Below, piece by piece: positions 55,701-64,000 of a DNA stretch of 64,000 bases. Numbering within the stretch: the stretch's first letter is position 1; every line of letters begins with the position of its first letter. The position numbers were made by a program, and so were the translations under genes. Under the pieces are notes generated by a model, which saw only the letters and a list, made by a program, of their open reading frames with translations, was not told the DNA's origin and searched no databases. Source of the stretch: Eledone cirrhosa (taxonomy: Eukaryota); the NCBI GenBank assembly GCA_964016885.1, contig OZ024740.1, positions 25,668,001 through 25,732,000 on the forward strand, read 5' to 3'.

Positions 55701-58700
55701 TCTTGTAGTTGTAGTTACTTCTATTGTAGTTGTAGTTATTTCTATTGTAGTTGTAGTTAATTCTATTGTAGTTGTAGTTACTTCTATTGTAGTTGTAGAT
55801 ACTCCCATTGTAGTTGTAGTTACTTCTATTGTAGTTGTAGATATTTCTATTGTAGTTGTAGTTACTTCTCTTGTAGTTGTAGTTACTTCTATTGTAGTTG
55901 TAGTTACTTCTATTGTAGTTGTAGTTACTTCTATTGTAGTTGTAGTTATTACTATTGTAGTTGTAGTTACTTCTATTGTAGTTGTAGTTACTTCTATTGT
56001 AGTTGTAGTTATTTCTATTGTAGTTGTAGTTACTTCTCTTGTAGTTGTAGTTACTTCTATTGTAGTTGTAGTTACTTCTATTGTAGTTGTAGTTACTTCT
56101 ATTGTAGTTGTAGTTACTTCTATTGTAGTTGTAGTTATTACTATTGTAGTTGTAGTTACTTCTATTGTAGTTGTAGTTACTTCTATTGAATTTGTAGTTA
56201 CTTCTATTGTAGTTGTAGTTACTTCTATTGTAGTTGTAGTTATTTCTATTGTAGTTGTAGTTACTTCTATTGTAGTTGTAGTTACTTCTATTGTAGTTGT
56301 AGTTACTTCTATTGTAGTTGTAGTTATTTCTATTGTAGTTGTAGTTACTTCTATTGTAGTTGTAATTATTTCCATTGTAGTTGTAGTTACTTCTCTTGTA
56401 GTTGTAGTTAGTTCTATTGTAGTTGTAGTTACTTCTATTGTAGTTGTAGTTACTTCTATTGTAGTTGTTGTTACTTCTATTGTAGTTGTAGTTATTTCTA
56501 TTGTAGTTGTAGTTACTTATATTGTAGTTGTAGTTACTTCTATTGTAGTTGTAGTTACTTCTATTGTAGTTGTAGTTACTTCTATTGTAGTTGTAGTTAT
56601 TTCTATTGTAGTTGTAGTTACTTCTATTGTAGTTGTAATTATTTCTATTGTAGTTGTAGTTACTTCTCTTGTAGTTGTAGTTAGTTCTATTGTAGTTGTA
56701 GTTACTTCTATTGTAGTTGTAGTTACTTCTATTGTAGTTGTTGTTACTTCTATTGTAGTTGTAGTTACTTCTATTGTAGTTGTAGTTACTTCTATTGTAG
56801 TTGTAGTTACTTCTATTGTAGTTGTAGTTACTTCTATTGTAGTTGTAGTTACTTCTATTGTAGTTGTAGTTACTTCTATTGTAGTTGTAGTTATTTCTAT
56901 TGTAGTTGTAGTTACTTCTATTGTAGTTGTAGTTACTTCTCTTGTAGTTGTAGTTACTTCTATTGTAGTTGTAGTTATTTCTATTGTAGTTGTAGTTACT
57001 TCTCTTGTAGTTGTAGTTACTTCTATTGTAGTTGTAGTTACTTCTATTGTAGTTGTAGTTACTTCTATTTTAGTTGTAGTTACTTTATTGTAGTTGTAGT
57101 TACTTGTATTGTAGTTGTAGTTACTTCTATTGTAGATGTAGATATTTCTATTATAGTTGTAGTTACTTCTATTGTAGTTGTAGTTACTTCTATTGCAGTT
57201 GTAGTTACTTCTATTGTAGTTGTAGTTACTTCTATTATAATTGTAGATATTTCTATTGTAGTTGTAGTTACTTCTATTGTAGTTGTAGTTACTTCTATTG
57301 TAGTTGTAGTTACTTCTATTGTAGTTGTAGTTACTTCTATTGTAGTTGTAGTTATTTCTACTGTAGTTGTAGTTACTTCTATTGTAGTTGTAGTTACTTC
57401 TATTGTAGTTGTATTTACTTCTATTGTAGTTGTAGTTACTTCTATTGTAGTTGTAGTTACTTCTATTGTAGTTGTAGTTAATTCTATTGTAGTTGTAGTT
57501 ACTTCTATTGTAGTTGTAGATACTCCCATTGTAGTTGTAGTTACTTCTATTGTAGTTGTAGATACTTCTATTGTAGTTGTAGTTATTTCTATTGTAGTTG
57601 TAGTTACTTCTCTTGTAGTTGTAGTTACTTCTATTGTAGTTGTAGTTACTTCTATTGTAGTTGTAGTTACTTCTATTGTAGTTGTAGTTACTTCTATTGT
57701 AGTTGTAGTTATTACTATTGTAGTTGTAGTTACTTCTATTGTAGTTGTAGTTACTTCTATTGAATTTGTAGTTACTTCTATTGTAGTTGTAGTTACTTCT
57801 ATTGTAGTTGTAGTTATTTCTATTGTAGTTGTAGTTACTTCTATTGTAGTTGTAGTTACTTCTATTGTAGTTGTAGTTACTTCTATTGTAGTTGTAGTTA
57901 TTTCTATTGTAGTTGTAGTTACTTCTATTGTAGTTGTACTTACTTCTATTGTAGTTGTAGTTACTTCTATTGTAGTTGTAGTTACTTCTATTGTAGTTGT
58001 AGATACTTCTATTGTAGTTGTATATACTTGTATTGTAGTTGTAGTTACTTCTATTGTAGTTGTAGTTACTTCTATTGTAGTTGAAGTTACTTCTATTGTA
58101 GTTGTAGTTACTTCTATTGTAGTTGTAGTTACTTCTATTGTAGTTGTAGATACTCCTATTGTAGTTGTAGTTACTTCTATTGTAGTTGCAGTTACTTCTA
58201 TTGTAGTTGTAGATACTCCTATTGTAGTTGTAGTTACTTCTATTGTAGTTGCAGTTACTTCTATTGTAGTTGTACTTACTTCTATTGTAGTTGTAGTTAT
58301 TTCTATTGCAGTTGTAGATACTCCTATTGTAGTTTTAGATACTTCTATCGTAGTTGTAGTTACTTCTATTGTAGATGTAGATACTTATATTGTAGTTGTA
58401 GAAGCTTCTATTGTAGTTGTAGTTATTTCTATTGTAGATGTAGTTACTTCTCTTGTAGTTGTAGTTACTTCTATTGTAGTTGTAGTTATTTCTATTGTAG
58501 TTGTAGTTACTTCTATTGTAGTTGTAGTTACTTCTATTGTAGTTGTAGTTACTTCTATTGTAGTTGTAGTTACTTCTATTGTAGTTGTAGTTACTTCTAT
58601 TGTAGTTGTAGTTACTTCTATTGTAGTTGTAGTTACTTCTCTTGTAGTTGTAGTTACTTCTATTGTACTTGTAGTTATTTCTATTGTAGTTGTAGTTATT

Positions 58701-58800
58701 TCTATTGTAGTTGTAGTTACTTCTCTTGTAGTTGTAGTTACTTCTATTGTAGTTGTAGTTATTTCTATTGTAGTTGTAGTTACTTCTATTGTAGTTGTAT
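52750..58800. repeat. Nested higher-order repeats with periods of 546, 882 and 2981 bp
   Basis: The marker ATTATAATTGTAGAT is at 52825, 53371, 54253 and 57234 (26, 42 and 142 monomers, the last minus 1 bp). It is followed each time by the TTCTACTG, TTAATTC, CTCCCAT and GAATTT variants in the same order. Confidence 0.88.
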
Positions 58801-61800
58801 TTACTTCTAGTGTAGATGTAGTTACTTCTATTGTAGTTGTAGTTACTACTATTGTAGTTGTAGTTACTTCTATTGTAGTTGCAGTTACTTCTATTGTAGT
58901 TGTAGATACTCCTATTGTAGTTGTAGTTACTTCTATTGTAGTTGCAGTTACTTCTATTGTAGTTGCAGTTACTTCTATTGTAGTTGTAGTTATTTCTATT
59001 GCAGTTGTAGATACTCCTATTGTAGTTTTAGATACTTCTATTGTAGATGTAGATACTTATATTGTAGTTGTAGAAGCTTCTATTGTAGTTGTAGTTATTT
59101 CTATTGTAGGTGTAGTTACTTCTATTGTAGTTGTAGTTACTTCTATTGTAGGTGTAGTTACTTCTATTGTAGTTGTAGTTACTTCTATTGTAGTTGTAGT
59201 TATTTCTATTGTAGTTGTAGTTACTTCTATTGTAGTTGTAGTTACTTCTATTGTAGTTGTAGTTACTTCTATTGTAGTTGTATTTACTTCTAGTGTAGTT
59301 GTAGTTACTTCTATTGTAGTTGTAGTTACTACTATTGTAGTTGTAGTTACTTCTATTGTAGTTGTAGTTTGTTCTATTGTAGTTGTAGTTAATTCTATTG
59401 TAGTTGTAGATACTCCTATTGTAGATATAGTTGTTGATACTACTATTGTAGATGTAGTTAATTCTATTGTAGGTGTTGTTACTTCTATTGTAGTTGTAGT
59501 TACTTCTATTGTAGTTGTAGATACTTCTATTGTAGTTGTAGTTACTTCTATTGTAGTTGTAGATACTTCTATTGTAGTTGTAGATACTTCTATTGTAGAT
59601 GTAGATACTTCTATTGTAGTTGTAGTTACTTCTATTGTAGTTGTAGTTACTTCTATTGTAGTTGTAGTTACTTCTATTGTAGTTGTATTTACTTCTAGTG
59701 TACTTGTAGTTACTTCTATTGTAGTTGTAGTTACTACTATTGTAGTTGTAGTTACTTCTATTGTAGTTGTAGTTTGTTCTATCGTAGATGTAGTTACTTC
59801 TATCGTAGGTGTAGTTACTTCTATTGTAGTTGTAGTTACTTCTATTGTAGTTGTAGATACTTCTACTGTAGTTGTAGTTACTACTATTGTAGTTGTAGAT
59901 ACTTCTATTGTAGTTGTAGATACTTCTATTGTAGATGTAGATACTTCTATTATAGTTGTAGTTACTTCTATCGTAGTTGTAGTTACTTCTATTGTAGTTG
60001 TAGTTACTTCTATTGTAGTTGTAGTTACTTCTATTGTAGTTGTAGATACTTCTATTGTAGATGTAGATACTTCTATTGTAGTTGTAGTTACTTCTATTGT
60101 AGTTGTAGTTACTTCTATTGTAGTTGTAGTTACTTCTATTGTAGATGTAGATACTTCTATTGTAGTTGTATATACTTGTATTGTAGTTGTAGATACTTCT
60201 ATTGTAGATGTAGATACTTCTATTATAGTTGTTGTTACTTCTATTGTAGTTGTACTTACTTATATTGTAGTTGTAGTTACTTCTATTGTAGTTGTAGTTA
60301 CTTATATTGTAGTTGTAGATACTTCTATTGTAGTTGTATATACTTGTATTGTAGTTGTAGTTACTTCTATTGTAGTTGTAGTTACTTCTATTGTAGTTGA
60401 AGTTACTTCTCTTGTAGTTGTAGTTACTTCTATTGTACTTGTAGTTATTTCTATTGTAGTTGTAGTTATTTCTATTGTAGTTGTAGTTACTTCTCTTGTA
60501 GTTGTAGTTACTTCTATTGTAGTTGTAGTTATTTCTATTGTAGTTGTAGTTACTTCTATTGTAGTTGTAGTTACTTCTATTGTAGTTGTAGTTACTTCTA
60601 TTGTAGTTGTAGTTACTTCTATTGTAGTTGTAGTTACTTCTATTGTAGTTGTAGTTACTTCTATTGTAGTTGTAGTTACTTCTCTTGTAGTTGTAGTTAC
60701 TTCTATTGTACTTGTAGTTATTTCTATTGTAGTTGTAGTTATTTCTATTGTAGTTGTAGTTACTTCTCTTGTAGTTGTAGTTACTTCTATTGTAGTTGTA
60801 GTTATTTCTATTGTAGTTGTAGTTACTTCTATTGTAGTTGTATTTACTTCTAGTGTAGATGTAGTTACTTCTATTGTAGTTGTAGTTACTACTATTGTAG
60901 TTGTAGTTACTTCTATTGTAGTTGCAGTTACTTCTATTGTAGTTGTAGATACTCCTATTGTAGTTGTAGTTACTTCTATTGTAGTTGCAGTTACTTCTAT
61001 TGTAGTTGCAGTTACTTCTATTGTAGTTGTAGTTATTTCTATTGCAGTTGTAGATACTCCTATTGTAGTTTTAGATACTTCTATTGTAGATGTAGATACT
61101 TATATTGTAGTTGTAGAAGCTTCTATTGTAGTTGTAGTTATTTCTATTGTAGGTGTAGTTACTTCTATTGTAGTTGTAGTTACTTCTATTGTAGGTGTAG
61201 TTACTTCTATTGTAGTTGTAGTTACTTCTATTGTAGTTGTAGTTATTTCTATTGTAGTTGTAGTTACTTCTATTGTAGTTGTAGTTACTTCTATTGTAGT
61301 TGTAGTTACTTCTATTGTAGTTGTATTTACTTCTAGTGTAGTTGTAGTTACTTCTATTGTAGTTGTAGTTACTACTATTGTAGTTGTAGTTACTTCTATT
61401 GTAGTTGTAGTTTGTTCTATTGTAGTTGTAGTTAATTCTATTGTAGTTGTAGATACTCCTATTGTAGTTATAGTTGTTGATACTACTATTGTAGATGTAG
61501 TTAATTCTATTGTAGGTGTTGTTACTTCTATTGTAGTTGTAGTTACTTCTATTGTAGTTGTAGATACTTCTATTGTAGTTGTAGTTACTTCTATTGTAGT
61601 TGTAGATACTTCTATTGTAGTTGTAGATACTTCTATTGTAGATGTAGATACTTCTATTGTAGTTGTAGTTACTTCTATTGTAGTTGTAGTTACTTCTATT
61701 GTAGTTGTAGTTACTTCTATTGTAGTTGTATTTACTTCTAGTGTAGTTGTAGTTACTTCTATTGTAGTTGTAGTTACTACTATTGTAGTTGTAGTTACTT

Positions 61801-64000
61801 CTATTGTAGTTGTAGTTTGTTCTATCGTAGATGTAGTTACTTCTATCGTAGGTGTAGTTACTTCTATTGTAGTTGTAGTTACTTCTATTGTAGTTGTAGA
61901 TACTTCTACTGTAGTTGTAGTTACTTCTATTGTAGTTGTAGATACTTCTATTGTAGTTGTAGATACTTCTATTGTAGATGTAGATACTTCTATTATAGTT
62001 GTAGTTACTTCTATCGTAGTTGTAGTTACTTCTATTGTAGTTGTAGTTACTTCTATTGTAGTTGTAGTTACTTCTATTGTAGTTGTAGATACTTCTATTG
62101 TAGATGTAGATACTTCTATTGTAGTTGTAGTTACTTCTATTGTAGTTGTAGTTACTTCTATTGTAGTTGTAGTTACTTCTATTGTAGATGTAGATACTTC
62201 TATTGTAGTTGTATATACTTGTATTGTAGTTGTAGATACTTCTATTGTAGATGTAGATACTTCTATTGTAGTTGTTGTTACTTCTATTGTAGTTGTACTT
62301 ACTTCTATTGTAGTTGTAGTTACTTCTATTGTAGTTGTAGTTACTTATATTGTAGTTGTAGATACTTCTATTGTAGTTGTATATACTTGTATTGTAGTTG
62401 TAGTTACTTCTATTGTAGTTGTAGTTACTTCTATTGTAGTTGAAGTTACTTCTATTGTAGTTGTAGTTACTTCTATTGTAGTTGTAGTTACTTCTATTGT
62501 AGTTGTAGATACTCCTATTGTAGTTGTAGTTACATCTATTGTAGTTGCAGTTACTTCTATTGTAGTTGTAGATACTCCTATTGTAGTTGTAGTTACTTCT
62601 ATTGTAGTTGCAGTTACTTCTATTGTAGTTGTACTTACTTCTATTGTAGTTGTAGTTATTTCTATTGCAGTTGTAGATACTCCTATTGTAGTTTTAGATA
62701 CTTCTATCGTAGTTGTAGTTACTTCTATTGTAGATGTAGATACTTATATTGTAGTTGTAGAAGCTTCTATTGTAGTTGTAGTTATTTCTATTGTAGGTGT
62801 AGTTACTTCTATTGTAGTTGTAGTTACTTCTATTGTAGTTGTAGTTACTTCTATTGTAGTTGTAGTTACTTCTATTGTAGTTGTAGTTACTTATATTGTA
62901 GTTGTAGTTACTTCTATTGTAGTTGTAGTTACTTCTATTGTAGTTGTAGTTACTTCTCTTGTAGTTGTAGTTACTTCTATTGTACTTGTAGTTATTTCTA
63001 TTGTAGTTGTAGTTATTTCTATTGTAGTTGTAGTTACTTCTCTTGTAGTTGTAGTTACTTCTATTGTAGTTGTAGTTATTTCTATTGTAGTTGTAGTTAC
63101 TTCTATTGTAGTTGTAGTTACTTCTATTGTAGTTGTAGTTACTTCTATTGTAGTTGTAGATACTTCTATTGTAGATGTAGATACTTCTATTGTAGTTGTA
63201 GTTACTTCTATTGTAGTTGTAGTTACTTCTATTGTAGTTGTAGTTACTTCTATTGTAGTTGTATTTACTTCTAGTGTAGTTGTAGTTACTTCTATTGTAG
63301 TTGTAGTTACTACTATTGTAGTTGTAGTTACTTCTATTGTAGTTGTAGTTTGTTCTATCGTAGATGTAGTTACTTCTATCGTAGGTGTAGTTACTTCTAT
63401 TGTAGTTGTAGTTACTTCTATTGTAGTTGTAGATACTTCTACTGTAGTTGTAGTTACTTCTATTGTAGTTGTAGATACTTCTATTGTAGTTGTAGATACT
63501 TCTATTGTAGATGTAGATACTTCTATTATAGTTGTAGTTACTTCTATCGTAGTTGTAGTTACTTCTATTGTAGTTGTAGTTACTTCTATTGTAGTTGTAG
63601 TTACTTCTATTGTAGTTGTAGATACTTCTATTGTAGATGTAGATACTTCTATTGTAGTTGTAGTTACTTCTATTGTAGTTGTAGTTACTTCTATTGTAGT
63701 TGTAGTTACTTCTATTGTAGATGTAGATACTTCTATTGTAGTTGTATATACTTGTATTGTAGTTGTAGATACTTCTATTGTAGATGTAGATACTTCTATT
63801 GTAGTTGTTGTTACTTCTATTGTAGTTGTACTTACTTCTATTGTAGTTGTAGTTACTTCTATTGTAGTTGTAGTTACTTATATTGTAGTTGTAGATACTT
63901 CTATTGTAGTTGTATATACTTGTATTGTAGTTGTAGTTACTTCTATTGTAGTTGTAGTTACTTCTATTGTAGTTGAAGTTACTTCTATTGTAGTTGTAGT
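58500..64000. repeat. Higher-order repeat block with periods of 2043 and 1533 bp
   Basis: The marker TTGTTCTATCGTAGATG is at 59774, 61817 and 63350, and AAGCTT at 59074/61117. The periods fit 2043 = 97x21+6 (one 27-bp monomer) and 1533 = 73x21. Confidence 0.93.

Larger units (their letters stand above)
1..64000. repeat. Satellite-type tandem array of a 21-bp monomer, consensus TTCTATTGTAGTTGTAGTTAC (reverse complement GTAACTACAACTACAATAGAA), about 3,050 head-to-tail copies running off both window edges
   Basis: Every line consists of this monomer or a variant, most with 0-3 substitutions. The internal structure is TCT-ATT-(GTAGTT)x2-ACT. No inversion, insertion of foreign DNA or unique sequence was seen. 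Confidence 0.99.

Noticed and set aside
23920-57093. Giant Val-rich ORFs (1425, 4934 and 2818 aa) as genes
   Set aside because: They are pure (IVVVVTS)n. This frame cannot gain a stop by a single substitution, the starts are incidental TTG/GTG codons, and there is no unique domain. The common variants are non-synonymous.
1-64000. CRISPR array
   Set aside because: The repeats abut directly with no unique spacers, leader or cas genes.
1-64000. Telomerase-synthesised telomeric repeat
   Set aside because: The + strand is G/T-biased, but there are no G runs. Variants are inherited in kb-scale blocks, as expected from recombination rather than fresh templated synthesis. A subtelomeric location remains possible.
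1-64000. Plasmodium falciparum rep20 (also 21 bp)
   Set aside because: Only the unit length is shared. The monomer does not resemble rep20 as I recall it, and rep20 is more degenerate. This was not checked by database search.
1-64000. Diversity-generating or information-encoding cassette system in the variant pattern
   Set aside because: The variant order is explained by nested duplications. No recombinase, reverse transcriptase, expression site or template/variable pair is present.

Overview
The whole 64-kb window is one uninterrupted, single-orientation tandem array (about 3,050 copies) of a 21-bp AT-rich monomer, consensus TTCTATTGTAGTTGTAGTTAC (11 T, 4 A, 4 G, 2 C; about 29% GC). Neither array end nor any unique flanking DNA is visible, so the organism and chromosomal location cannot be assigned. 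It looks like eukaryotic satellite DNA, which is an inference. I found no supportable gene, RNA gene, transposon or CRISPR array. All listed ORFs follow from the monomer length being a multiple of 3, with four of six frames stop-free in the consensus. The informative content lies in the variant monomers. They define nested higher-order repeats (about 0.5-6.9 kb), a left indel-rich domain and a right indel-poor domain, a highly diverged junction, and a recurring series of variants that perfect a quasi-palindrome into TAGAAGCTTCTA (a HindIII site and a heat-shock-element-like motif). I cannot support a novel gene system here. Counts and block boundaries were read by eye and are approximate.
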